Under the pieces are notes generated by a model. It saw only the letters and a program-made list of their open reading frames with translations. It had not been told where the DNA came from and ran no database searches. A stretch of 64,000 bases of DNA, taken from positions 357,554,001 through 357,618,000 of the forward strand of contig OZ024743.1 in assembly GCA_964016885.1 (NCBI GenBank), written 5' to 3'. This document shows positions 13,850 through 27,067 of the stretch, piece after piece (the first letter of the stretch is position 1; each line of letters starts with the position of its first letter). The DNA comes from Eledone cirrhosa (lineage: Eukaryota). The position numbers were made by a program, and so were the translations under genes.

Positions 13850-16830
13850 ATGGACGCGACATGCCCCCCCCCCCCAACATTGAGTCTGCAGTCGCGTGAC
13901 GTCCATTTAAAGGTTGCAACAACAACAAGCAACAGTGTGAACATAAAAGAAGAAATAATAATTACAAATACAACGTTCAACAACAAGATTAGCAACACCA
14001 CCACCGAAAACATGTACAACGACAGCACCAACAGCCACATCGAAAACAGCAACAACTGCACCAATAACAACACTAACTGCAACACCGACGACAACAACAA
14101 CTGCACCAATAACAACACTAACTGCAACACCGACGACAACAACAACTGCACCAATAACAACACTAACTGCAACACCGACGACAACAACAACTGCACCAAT
14201 AACAACACCAACTGCAACACCGACGACAACAACAACTGCACCAATAACAACACTAACTGCAACACCGACGACAACAACAACTGCACCAATAACAACACTA
14301 ACTGCAACACCGACGACAACAACAACTGCACCAATAACAACACCAACTGCAACACCGACGACAACAACAACTGCACCAATAACAACACCAACTGCAACAC
14401 CGACGACAACAACAACTGCACCAATAACAACACCAACTGCAACACCGACGACAACAACAACTGCACCAATAACAACACTAACTGCAACACCGACGACAAC
14501 AACAACTGCACCAATAACAACACTAACTGCAACACCGACGACAACAACAACTGCACCAATAACAACAACAACTGCAACAGCGACAACAACAATACCACCA
14601 ACAACAATGCCAACACCAACAACAATACTGTGACTAGCAACACAGACAACAAGAACTCTTTCGCTGTTGCAGCAGCGAAAAGAGGCAATGCTTTGGCATA
14701 GATCTTAGCCAAAAAAGAGAAACATTTGGCCCAGGCATGGAAGCTCATTAAACAGTATCAAACCTGGGCCAACTTAACTGTCCCGGCATAAGCCATAGAA
14801 GCGGTGGAGCGGAGAACGGTGGTCTTTAGATGCATGTCAGTGGAAAAAGGCGGCGATCACTTCCCAAGCCAAAAGTGAAGCTGCGCTGAGATGCATCAGA
14901 GATGACACCGAGTACATAATGAGGGGAAGACAATACGACACGATCTCGGTGCTGTTTAAGTCAGAAAACCTCGCTGTGAAACACTCGACGACCTCTTGCA
15001 AAAAAAGTAAGGTCATTGTGTACCCCACCCACATGGGAAAAGTAACAGTAAAAATAGACTTGTGGTGGCTCCTGGGGTGCGTGATTGTGGAGGGGACAGA
15101 TGCTGTCCCGATCGAGGCGACCAGAACAGCCAGGGAGGACTGGTCTCGGGTTGAGCTGGGGATACTTCTCCAGATCAAACTCGAGGAGCTGAGAAAAATC
15201 CCAGAACTCATCCGTCTCCAAAATGGGATGGCTCTGCAGGTAATGAACAAGTGCAAAAGACCGCGCTGTTTCATCTGCGGCGAACCAATGCATTTGTGAG
15301 CCTTCAGGCCTCAACTAAAAAATGCAAGGGGTCGTAAGCCTCGCCGCTGCCCCCTACTCCCCATCAACACCATTACCAGCAACACCGACGCCACGACAAA
15401 CTTTGGCCACCTAGGAGGAAAACGAGGAAAGCTCCACCCCACCCCCACCCAAAATACATACATTAACACAAACACAAACGTGTAAACCTTTCCTCTTCTT
15501 TTTTAGCCTGCCAACATGGCCATCTTAAGAGTAGGATGTTTAAATGTTCGTGGCCTGGAGGGACCATGAAAGCAAGGTCACCTGCTGAACGACCCCAGGT
15601 CACTAGATATGGATGGCATTGCCGTGAGCATGAGCAACTGACGTGCTAACGGCGAGAATGGCATTAGACCATTTCTTCAGTACGAAACACTAAGGTTGCA
15701 TTGTCAGAGCTAAGGCGCGTGCTCTAAGAAACGAGGGAACCAAAGTTGTTCGAAGCAGTGTGGTAAGTGTGGTAAGATGCAGTATGGTAAGAAAACCACA
15801 ATTCGCTCTTTGAGGGGCCCAAACAAACGCGACATTAATGAAAGATTCCAGGCAGATGTGTGAGGCATTTCGCCAGCACTTTTCTCAGCTGTTCGGGAAG
15901 ATCGGGGGCCGGATTTCAGTCCTTACCTCGTCTTTCGTCTGTCGATACTGAAAGGCTTATATCTTCAGCCGAGATTCGAGATGCCCCAGTCGGCTGCACA
16001 AGGCGCAAGTCACCAGGTTTGGATGGTCTGCTCTACGAGCTTTACGTAAATATGCCAGACTTGTTCTCCAATCTCCTCGAAGCGCTATACTACAACAGGC
16101 AGCAGAACGGAGGTATTCCCAGTTCTGTGAGCCGGGGCGCAGTGATGCAGATAAGAAAAGACGAATACGTTAAATAATTTCAGGCCCATAACTCTGTTAA
16201 ACACAGGGTTTAAGATTTTGGCCAAGGTGTTAGCAAAGAGATTGGCACTTGTCGTCGAGGATTTGGTAGGAGAAGCGCAAATTTGCGCAATCCCGACCAG
16301 GTCCATACAGTCGGTAGGTTTGCAGTTCGGCACCTTGAGCGGCAAGTCCATGCCGTCCAGTAGTCTCGTGGGTAGCTGGACAGACGGACCGGTAAAGTTG
16401 CTCGGGGTTTCGTTCGGACCAGACCTCTATGTGGATATGAATTGGAACGAGGTTACGAACAGGGCAGACACTCTCATCCAGAAATGGGTATGCCATGGCT
16501 AATGATGCGCAGACATGCGCTGAGGCTGCGGCATCTCCAGATAATCTGCCTAAACAGTGAACAGGTGTGGTCGCCGTTTGTGAAACAGGCCTTTCCGCAG
16601 CTCATCTCTTTGACTAAACTGCAGTCCTGGGTCAAGAAGAGACCAAGACTGGGTGCCTGCGCTCTGGAATATTGCCAGTCGTTCACTGTCTTCAACCAGG
16701 CGGATAATGCGGTCAGTGTAACTTTGACTCTCGAGTTCTATAGATGATTAGTGGTGGGCAAGTGCGACGACACACTCAGAGAGGTTCTGGGCATCGACGA
16801 AGTTAAAGTGACCAATGTGTTCCGGAGGAA
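13850..16830 (+). mobile_element. Decayed, internally deleted Tx1/L1-clade LINE: ORF1 remnant, APE start and RT remnants
   Basis: Zinc-knuckle-like RPRCFICGEPMHL (~15260-15299); ORF2 start MAILRVGCLNVRGL (~15516); KSPGLDGLLYELY; RPITLLNTGFKILAKVLAKRL; many stops and frameshifts. Confidence 0.8.
14051..14590 (+). repeat. 45-bp minisatellite, ~12 units
   Basis: Unit aacaacaactgcaccaataacaacacYaactgcaacaccgacgac; reads NNNCTNNNTNCNTDD in ORF 13796-14701. Confidence 0.95.
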
Positions 16831-17734
16831 ATTTGCTGTTCTTTTAGCTGTGGCGCCAAACACGATCCCGATAAGCTGGTTGCTCCTTTTGTTTCTTGCT
16901 CTGTTGGGGCTGAAGTTGTTTTTGAAAATTTTCGATTCGAAAAGAAGTACATCCAAAACAGCAGTTTTGACTAGTAGCCATCAAGCCAGCAATCCAGCCA
17001 GTATTTAAGGTATGCTTGTTAACTGAAAGCCCCTTCTTCAACAAAAATTACTTACCCGAGCTCATGGTGTCCGTTGACGTGGAGAGGGGTAGAAATAACT
17101 ACAACAGCAACGTTCGGCCAAGCAGCAACAATAACAGCAACATGTTGAGCAGCTACAACTGCAACGCCGCCGCCACACATCGATGGAATACCACACCAAT
17201 GCCGCTATTATCATAATAAAAGAAAACGCAACCACAGCTAGTACCAGAAGCGCTAGAGCTCCCACTATTACCGCAGCAACCAACAACATCAACACATTTG
17301 CCATCACCACCAGCGCCACCAAAGAAGGCATGTATGAGAAATGTCTGAAAGATGTGTGGTGTTTTATATGGTACTTTAGGAAGGGAGGGTGACATAGAAC
17401 GGTGATGTCTCTATGCCTCAATGAAAAGATTATATCCTTACATACTTTTTTCGAGAAGTATTTATTACTGCTATATTGTATGGGCCAGCGTGTAACCAAA
17501 ATGGTGTCGACTAACGTGCTAATAATATAATATAAATGTGAATTATTTCCTTATGATCTTGGAGGAGCATAAAGTTACAAACTTGAGTAGTTGTGCAGAT
17601 GCTGTTCATCTCTGAAAATATGTAAAAGCTCAATTTGATTTACTTAGGGAAATTCATCTTCTCGCTAGTAATTCATCTTCTCACCGTCTGCAGCTAGAAT
17701 TGCATGACCACACGATAACTATTATATATTAAAT

Positions 17735-17880
17735 GGCGCTGACATGGCTGACTAGTATAGAAATTTACTTCGCAATCATGTAATTCCGAGTTCGATTCCA
17801 CAACATGACATCCTTTTTACTATAGCCTCGGGTTGATACAGCACTTTGAAATGAAATTGGGTTGGCAGATACTGTGTTTT
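17735..17880 (+). mobile_element. Old tRNA-derived SINE (family C); related pieces at ~3180-3330, 22010-22110 and 45640-45760
   Basis: Degenerate head with gagttcgattcc B box, followed by tttactatagcctcggg..gaaattggg. Confidence 0.5.
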
Positions 17881-17949
17881 TAGAATACTCAGTCACGTGC
17901 TAGTTATTTTCACGAGTCGGACATTCAGTTGATCAAACAACTCAATGCT

Positions 17950-18125
17950 TAGCGTCGAACCGACCTTTACATTCTGAGTTCAAATGCCGCCGAGGTTAGC
18001 TTTGCCATTTATCCTTACGGGGTTGATAAAATAAAGTACCAGTAACGTACTGGGGTCGATTTAATCAAAATTCTCCTCTTCCTCCAAAATTGTTGACTTT
18101 GTGCTTAAATCAGAAACCATTATTG
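17950..18125 (+). mobile_element. Diverged SINE family A copy (longer 3' part)
   Basis: ctgagttcaaatgccgccgaggttagctttgcc..gataaaataaagtaccag. Confidence 0.8.
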
Positions 18126-18639
18126 TCGCTGGTGTTAATATTGCAGATATTTTTCTTGTTGTTTCTGTTGTTTAGCCCTGGCCAACCCTAAGCAGACATA
18201 TGGATAATAGGCGTTCCAGCTAAAACCATATTCAATGTGTCCTTTTTATTTGTAAGACAATAAGACGTCATTTATCTGTGATTTAACTGCTATTACTTGA
18301 GAGAGAGTGACCATCTCAAGGCTTTCTTTTAGATGCTCTTGACATTTCTTTTACAGTTACTACTGCTGTTGCTGTTGTTTATATTGTTGCGGCTAGCTCT
18401 GTTGTTACTGTTGTCAATGGCATTCCTACTGCTGTTGTTGTCACCGTTGCTGCTGTAGCTATATATTTTATCACGAAACATTTACTAAGCTGAATATGCA
18501 ATATACACACGAGGTGAAGTGGCCACATTATCGCCATATTTCTCTGACCATTATATCTAAATATAGATGCGCATCGGTCATTTCAGCTGCCCTTATTGGA
18601 GATGGGGAAATGTGAGAGAAACGAACACTGTCAGTTTGA

Positions 18640-18955
18640 CTAGCATTACCATAACTACTATTATAACCCTCACCAACACTAACAACACAATTTCAAACAA
18701 CAACACTAACAAGACCATCTCAAACAACAACAACAATACTAACAACACCAACAACAAAAACAACACCATTTCCAACAACACCAACACTAACAACACTATC
18801 TCAAACAACAACACCAACACTAACAACACCATCTCAAACAACAACACCAACACTAACAACACCATCATCTTAAACACCACCACCAACACTACCAACAACA
18901 ACTACAACACTACTATCAACCCACACTAACACAGACAACCACCACCACTACCACC

Positions 18956-18986
<31 letters not shown>

Positions 18987-19207
18987 CTGCTATCAACCCT
19001 CAGCACCACACAAATAACAACATCACCACCTTAACCACCGCCACCCCTTGCCCCTTCTCACCATCTCCAACAACAACATCACCGTCGCTATTATCATCCC
19101 TCATCACTACATTCAAAATCACAAGCACCACCAACACCAATACCACCACCAACACCAATACCACCACCACCACCACCACCACCACCACCACCACCACCAC
19201 CACCACC

Positions 19208-19239
<32 letters not shown>

Positions 19240-19687
19240 CACCGCCATCAACACCTCCGCTACCAACACCACCACCAACCCCACCACCACAATACCAACA
19301 ACACTAAAGCCACCATTATCGCTAATATCTTCACCACTGTTAACAACTCCCCACCACCATCACCACCACCAATACCACCAACACCACCAATACCACCAAT
19401 AATACCACCACCAACAACACTACCCCCCCCCCAACACCACCACCACCACCACCACCACCACCAACACCACCACCACCACCACCAATACCACCACCACCAC
19501 CACCACCACAAACACCACCACCACCACCACCACCAACACTACCACCACCACCACCAATACCACCACCACCACTACCACCACCACCACCACCAACACCACC
19601 ACTACCACCACTACCACCACCACCACCACCACCACCACCACCACCACCACCACCACCACCACCACCACCACCACTACCAGCACCAGC

Positions 19688-19718
<31 letters not shown>

Positions 19719-19800
19719 CCACCACCACCACCACCACCACCACCACCACCACCACCACCACCACCACCACAATAACAACCCCCCACCAACACCATTTCAG
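18640..19800. repeat. (AAC)n/(CAC)n low-complexity tract
   Basis: Directly visible; source of the poly-His/Gly/Val/Trp ORFs. Confidence 0.95.
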
Positions 19801-20338
19801 CCACAGGATTTGATTTAGCTATTTATACAGCAATATGCACAATAATAAATCTACTATTCTACTACCATTGCCTCTACAATTAATGCCACCATACTACTGT
19901 TACCCCCCCCCCTCTATACTACCCATACCACCACCATTAGCATTATCATCACCACTACCACAATCACCAATATCGTCACCACCACGTTTACTATCACACA
20001 TACTATAGTCACCACGACCAACCTCTTTAATACCAACCCCTAATTCTTTACTTTCTTTCTCTACTTCTTTACCAATGTCATCAGCATTACCACCAACACC
20101 TCCACATTATTCACACCATTATCTCCAACACTGTCATCATACAACCCAACAATCACCACCACATCCATCACTGTCACCACCATTAGCACATTTACATCCA
20201 GCACCAACATCATCACTACCATCTCTACTAGTGTAGTAAATATCATCACTATAAGCAGCATTACTGTATAAACTGCAGCAATAGAAGTTCCAATAACATC
20301 AAGATCTTTTTACCATCATTACCACCAACTACAATAAC

Positions 20339-20525
20339 TGTTTCTACTTTAGGCACAAGGCCAGCAATTATCCCAGTGTATTACTGGTACTTTATTTTAT
20401 CGACCCCGTAAGGATGAAAGGCAAAGTTCACCTCGGCGGGATTTGAACTCAGACCATAAAAAGCCGTAACTCTATGCTGCAAAGCATGGCGTCCGACCCT
20501 CTACCGATACTGCCAATCCACCGCC
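20339..20525 (-). mobile_element. SINE family A, full length with TSD
   Basis: Flanked by direct repeat caactacaataac. Confidence 0.93.
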
Positions 20526-20829
20526 AACTACAATAACATGCGCTAACAAGAGCGCATTTACATGGTTGTTAAACCTGTTAAAATGGTAGCCAATTTTTCT
20601 CAAATCTACCATCATAAGAAAGATAGAAAATAGGAGTGATGCATAATGTCTGAAGTATTAATCCCCCCCCCCCCCCACACACCTCATCTGGGAGGCCACA
20701 TGCTGTGATACCTACACAAATGGCAACCTGGTGAGTTCGGCTACCAGCCCAGGCTCTGCTGCCTACCAAGTCGAAGAGGGAAAACTGTTTAAGGGTTTAG
20801 TAAAACAAACTACCCCATCAGAACCCTTA

Positions 20830-21424
20830 ATGGTACCACCCTTAAGCAGGTGGAAGATTACAAGTATCTTGGCTCATATATCTCCTCCTCCAAAAAAGAT
20901 TTTCTAACCAGGAAGGGTATGGCATGGTCAGCGTGCAATGACATACACGCCATATGGACATGTCAACTTACCAACAAGCTAAAACTGGAAATATTCCAAG
21001 CAACCATTAAGCCCATATTACTTTATGGATCCGAAACTTGGACACTAACATCACAACTTGAGAGGAGATTGGATGGCACATATACCCGCCTCTTAATGAG
21101 AGTGCAAAACCTATCCTGGAAACGACATCCCACCTTGTCTAAAATCTATGGCAAACTCCCTCGAGCCTCTGCCTTCTAAAATCCAGGAGAGCTCAATTTG
21201 CTGGCCACTGTCACCGTGCCAGCAATGAAATCATATCCGCTCTCTTGCTCTGGAACCCTGACTCCAGCCTGACTAGGAGTAGGAAGCTGTCATTCCCTGA
21301 CGTTATCTCTAGGGATACGGGAATCATTAGACAGGACCTGGGGGCAGCGATGGGGGACAGGGAATTCTGGGGCATGAGAGTGAGATCCATCATCTCGACA
21401 GTAGTCGACGAATGATGATGATGA
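20830..21424 (+). mobile_element. 5'-truncated RTE/RTE-X-like LINE 3' end
   Basis: EDYKYLGS...ILLYGSETWTLT..LERRLDGTYTRLL, then RRAQFAGHCHR in a shifted frame; ends in (TGA)n tail. Confidence 0.85.
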
Positions 21425-21926
21425 AGACAAAGTAAAATGACGGGGAATGAATAATTTTCTATATAGATAATAAACACGACCACAAGGATATGGTCCGAAC
21501 ATGGAAGAACCGAACTCCCACTGTCATCGTCTCCATCTCTCTCGCCCTCCCTATCTCTCTGTATGGTGAGCAAATGGGGTCCCACGTGCAGGCCTCTCCA
21601 GATGGTCACGATAGGGTGGTTACAAGTTGGCTTGATCAGGGATGTCCTGAGGCTAAACAACAAAAAACAATCAGGACATCAGTAGGGTGACAACATCGGT
21701 AGAGCACTGTTTAAAATGTTGTTTTTTTTTAAATATATATTCGATTTTTTTTCTGCCCCTCCTCTCATCCCGGGATATGTTGAGATGGAATATATCGGTT
21801 ACATACACTCCTCTACATGCGACTCATTACTATAGAAATCATTATTATAACCATAGTCGTCATCGTCGTCCCCTTCCGTCTCCTCTTCATCCTCCTCCTC
21901 CCGATCATCATCATCATCATTATCAT

Positions 21927-21957
<31 letters not shown>

Positions 21958-22407
21958 ATCTCCTCTTATTTCTTCTACTCTTCGACCTCATCATCATTTT
22001 CATCTTCGATCCCACTTCGTGACGCCATGGGCAAGTATTTTCTGCTATAACCTCCCATCGGCCAATGCCTTTCGAGGGAAATTTGATAGATGAAATCTAT
22101 GTGGAAGCTTGCCACAAGGGTGTTTCTTGTCATTGGGTGATAAACCTTAATTTATTTCCCGTTTCTACACAGCCACCTGGTAGTCGAACGTCTTTAACGG
22201 AGTGCACACTGCTGCAAGATCGTAAGGTCTCACATATGTAACGTGTTGAGTTGAAAAACGTCGAACAACTGAGATTACCCGAGTAATTATTAGACAAAAC
22301 CATTCAGTAGGAGGTTTGAAAAAAAAGCAGATGAGATAACTCCTATAAGAATAGTTACTCGAAATTTTAGGACAATATGAATAATGTACATTAGAGAGGA
22401 TCTAGAC

Positions 22408-22655
22408 AAGAGTTTCTTGACCTTTTATCCCTGTGGAACCCTTGAAAGATTTTCATGTCTTAGGGAAGCCCTGCATAAAATTATTATATACCACTATTAA
22501 TATCTATCTCTTTTATATCTTTATTATAATAACCAAAGGTTTTCCAACAATAAACCGTTCGTGTATAATAAAATCACGAATATAAAATTAAACAAAAAAT
22601 TATTCAAAAATGCATTAGCTTATTTACCACTATTTATTGCGGTTGAGAAACGCTG
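22408..22655. mobile_element. hAT (Charlie/Buster-type) MITE
   Basis: 8-bp TSD atctagac (22400-22407, 22656-22663) fits the NTCTAGAN target; degenerate TIRs aagagtttcttgacc / ggttgagaaacgctg. Confidence 0.75.
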
Positions 22656-23357
22656 ATCTAGACTTTAAAGACTACTGCTGCAAGAATTCGGGTCAGGTTT
22701 CCAGTCGAAAGATATCTTATCTCTTTCCCCCTACGAGTCTCGGATGCCCCGGAAAAAGTCATGGATGTTGTCCTTCCTGCAATGACTAAGTCATATAAAC
22801 ATAAAACAACAAACATATAAACACCAGCATCCGTTTTACTAATTTTTCATATTACTATTCTTAACTGTCGTTTAAACTCTCATCTTTTCCCTCCTACTCA
22901 GTAGTTCAAGTTACTGCATCCTCTACTACTGCTTAGTTCTCATAAACTAGTGACGTCACGAGCTCAGACTTTTATGAATTAATACCGTCTCATACTGGCG
23001 GATTCTTTTCAACAGCCCTACCATATCACTCTTTAAATTAAGTTCCCCCCATCTCGTTTTTTAGAATATATATACTTCTCTGAACTCTCCTAAGCACATT
23101 GACTCCACGCCCCCTCCCTTGCCTTCTCTTTTGCTTCGCCCCTCCTTCCCCCACCATCTTTTCCTCCATATTGTTCTCCTCCCCCAAGCACATTGTTACT
23201 AAACATTGAAATTAGATAACTGACGTCATGAAATCAGTCTCGTCTAATAGTAATTCATTACAACCTGTCTAGATGACAAAATCTAGTCGTCTGTTTCACA
23301 CACTCTTTTACATGCTGTCCGTGATTTCTTGCATTTTGATGATGACACTGATGTTGT

Positions 23358-23388
<31 letters not shown>

Positions 23389-23744
23389 AGGGGTGGCAAT
23401 GATGTTGGGTGTGATAGGGAGGATAATGATGTCGGTGATGGGGTGATGTGATGCTAATTATGATGAGGAGACGAAGGAAGTGGATAGTCGTGGTGGTGGT
23501 GGTGGTGGTGGTGGTGGTAGTGGTAGTGATGGTGGCGATGATGATGATGGTGGCGATGATGACTGTAATAACATTAATAAAGGCAGTAATATATATAGCA
23601 GTAAAATAACAATGACAATAATAATGAGCTTTTTATTTGCCTCAAGAGCAACAAAAGAAGGATATTACAAAGACGAAAAAAACAAAAATGCCAATAATAT
23701 TACGTCGAGTGAAAAAAGAAATGTCGAGCATATCTGATTATGAA

Positions 23745-24128
23745 ATTGTTTCTACTTTTGGCACAAGGCCAGCAATTATCTCAGTGCATTACTGGTACTT
23801 TATTTTATCGACCCCGTAAGAATGAAAGGCAAAGTTAACCTCGGCGGGATTTGAACTCAGATCATAAAGGGCCGTAACTCTATGCTGCAAAGCATGGTGT
23901 CCAACCCTCTACCGATACTGCCAATCCACCGTCCTTATTATAAATAATTGTTTCTACTTTAGGCACAAGGCCAGCAATTACCCAGTGCATTACTGGTACT
24001 TTATTTTATCGACCCCGTAAGGATGAAAGGCAAAGTCAACCTCGGCGGGATTTGAACTCAGAATGGCAAGGGCCGTAACTCTATGCGTCAAAGCATGGCG
24101 TCCGACCCTCTACCGATACTGCCAATCC
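23745..24128 (-). mobile_element. Two adjacent SINE family A copies (23745-23932, 23949-24128)
   Basis: Consensus match; second copy flanked by TSD ttattataaataat. Confidence 0.93.
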
Positions 24129-24707
24129 TTATTATAAATAATACAAGACGGATGGTTACGGAAGGAATGTTTTTGATGGTATGCCTACTCGATTAAGGAA
24201 GCCAGGACTTCAGCTTTTGCTTCAAGTAATAACGAAAGAACATTAATATAGCTCCATCTGCACCAATAATCAACAACAGGTGGGCCATTACGGTGTAGGG
24301 CCCCCGAACCTTCACAAGTTTGTATATATAAGATATGATCTAATAGACATACAGGCCAAGGGGAAATCTTTTTAAAACCAAAATTGGGCCATAACCATAA
24401 TTTTTTTATCCCAGACCTGCGCGGTTTACAAGCTCTCCTATTTTCCAATTTCCATTTAAACCTTCTGGTCCTTTGGCAAGATATTCTTCATAACCCCTGT
24501 AAAATCACCGACAAGATGGCCCTGTAAGTACCACTTCCAACTTCTAGAACTTAACAAAATCCATTCCATACTTCTTTTCTCTGCTCCACCTATGATACAT
24601 CATGTATGCACAGTCACTGTGTGTGGAAACTTCTTCCATTCGACACTAATAAAGTAACAGTTCTCGAGACTGTCGCTTAGATCTCATCATCATCGATCTA
24701 TCTCTTA

Positions 24708-24897
24708 GGGCGGCGGATTGGCAGTATCGGTAGAGGGTCGGACGCCATGCTTTCCAGCATAGTTACGTCCCTTTATGATCTGAGTTCAAATCCCACCGAG
24801 GTTAACTTTGCCTTTCATCCTTACGGGGTCGATAAAATAAAGTACCAGTAATGCACTGGGATAATTGCTGGCCTTGTGCCTAAAGTAGAAACAATTA
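24708..24897 (+). mobile_element. SINE family A, full length
   Basis: gggcggcggattggcagtatcgg...agtagaaacaatta. Confidence 0.93.
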
Positions 24898-25663
24898 TCA
24901 TCTATCTATCTCTACTGGGATATATCTTCAACTATAGAATCACTCAAATCGATGGAGATGTTTGTTAACAATGACCTTTTCCGCTGTCTTGAGTTCTCTA
25001 CCTTCTCGCAATCCATCAGTACTCTTCTGTTAAGTTAGGATACTGAAGTATTGCCCTCTTATATTACGCACTCCTGGTCTCTCAGCATTGAAAACGTTTG
25101 TTATTCCCCGTCATCAGCATGGTCTTCGATGCTTCGGGCATGAACAACTGCTGGCTAGGTTTACTACATTTAGATTCCACCTGTACACATTATACTTCCC
25201 ACGGAGAAATACATACCTAATAGCTTTATAAGCACACCAACTATAATAATATTAGCTAACTGAACACTCTGTTTTACATATTATTACTACTCTTGCAAGT
25301 AGTAAAATTCAATTGAATACTAAATTGTGTACAAAGCAGCAGAAATAGTTGATAAATACATCTATGTGCTTCTTCTTGTTCTCTCTCTCTACATATGTTC
25401 TTATCTTATACTTCTGTTACTTAGTACATAGTATAGTACTTAATTTAGTATTTAATACGTATAAGAGCGTTATAGCGCCAGCGATCCGGAATTGAGTTGG
25501 ATTTTGTACTTAAGATATAATTACTGCCATAGAACCCATTTGTGGCGAGTATGGCTGCTGCTAGTTAATCTATAAGACTTTTTTTTAATTATAGAGTAGT
25601 TGCGTTATCTCATTATAATATATAACCAGCAATTTCTCTGTTTGTCTGTCTGTCCGACAGTGG

Positions 25664-26160
25664 AAACACGTGCGCGCGTGCGAATGTTTTTTGCGCACGC
25701 GTAGAGAGAGAGTGAGAGTGAAAGAAAGAGACAGACTACGAGAGAGGGATAGCGGGAGGGAGAGAGGGAGAGAGAGAGGGAGTGAATAGACGCTAAAACA
25801 CGTGCGCGCGTGCGAATGTTTTCTGCGCACGCGTAGAGAGAGAGTGAGAGTGAAAGAAAGAGACAGACTACGAGAGAGGGATAGCGGGAGGGACAGAGGG
25901 AGAGAGAGAGAGTGAATAGACGCTAAAACACGTGCGCGCGTGCGAATGTTTTTTGCGCACGCGTAGAGAGAGAGTGAGAGTGAAAGAAAGAGACAGACTA
26001 CGATAGGGGGATAGCGGCAGGGAGAGAGGGAGAGAGAGAGAGAGTGAATAGACGCTAAAACACGTGCGCGCGTGCGAATGTTTTTTGCGCACGCGTAGAG
26101 AGAGAGTGAGAGTGAAAGAAAGAGACAGACTACAAGAGGGGGATAGCGGGAGGGAGAGAG
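25664..26160. repeat. ~130-bp tandem repeat x4, probably inside a non-autonomous Helitron (~25610-26416)
   Basis: Unit aaacacgtgcgcgcgtgcgaatg...gaatagacgcta; upstream (TCTG)n-type Helitron-like head; downstream ..ttctgCTAG. Confidence 0.85.
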
Positions 26161-26179
26161 GGTGGAATTGAGGAGTGCT

Positions 26180-26380
26180 ACAGAAACATATATACATTTC
26201 TGTGTGTGTGTGTAATATATATATATACACACAGAAATATATATACATTTCTGTGTGTGTAATATATATATATATATATACACAGAAATATATATACATC
26301 TCTGTGTGTGTAATATATATATATATATATACACACACAGAAATATATATACATTTCTGTGTGTGTAATATATATATATA
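26180..26380. repeat. ~50-bp hairpin-forming tandem repeat x4
   Basis: cacagaaat-atatatac-atttctgtgtg separated by TA runs. Confidence 0.85.
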
Positions 26381-26873
26381 CTAGCAGAAAACCACCCGTG
26401 GGCGGTTTTCTGCTAGTCTATATACTTAAAACAGAGAATGTCTGTCTGTCCGATCACTAAAACTCAAGAACCACCCAACCCCAACCGATTGTTTTCAAAC
26501 TTTACACATGTAATACTTATGGTCCTGTGAGTGTTTTGAGCAAAACATATTTCAAATTTTCAATGCCCTAGGGACCACATTAGGCGATTTAGCGATCTCT
26601 CTCTATAATTCTTAATCTTTCTTTTTAGATAGATACATAGATATAACGTTGCGCCCTTATAATATCTGTCTGTATGTCTGGCTGTCTGCATTACGACATT
26701 ATGTTGCTATATGTGTGTATGTGTATATATGTATATATAGTGTGTGTATATATATATAGTGTGTAACGTTTTTCGAAATATTTACTTCTGCGTTCACAGA
26801 TTGATTTTTTTAGTTTCAGAAGATCCCGTTAAGGGTGAAAGCAGCGATTCTTTGCTTAAACTTTAATCTGTTA

Positions 26874-26926
<53 letters not shown>

Positions 26927-27067
26927 TTAGTTATACTATTTATGGTTATGTAAACACAAAACCTTAAGCAGTTGTAAGTATTTTACACACACCCTAAATA
27001 GTGGTAGGCAGTAATGTATTACTACCTTATTACCAGTAAGTTAAGTAGCTCAATGTAAAAACATCAG

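Noticed and set aside
19048-19818. 256-aa poly-His ORF and antisense Gly/Val/Trp ORFs
   Set aside because: (CAC)n trinucleotide tract open in several frames on both strands; no evidence of a gene
24185-24620. Possible LTR-retrotransposon integrase GPY motif (GPYTVM on the minus strand)
   Set aside because: Only a few residues match; no other integrase motifs or LTRs seen
25585-26338. 249-aa and 156-aa repetitive ORFs
   Set aside because: Products of the 130-bp and 50-bp tandem repeats
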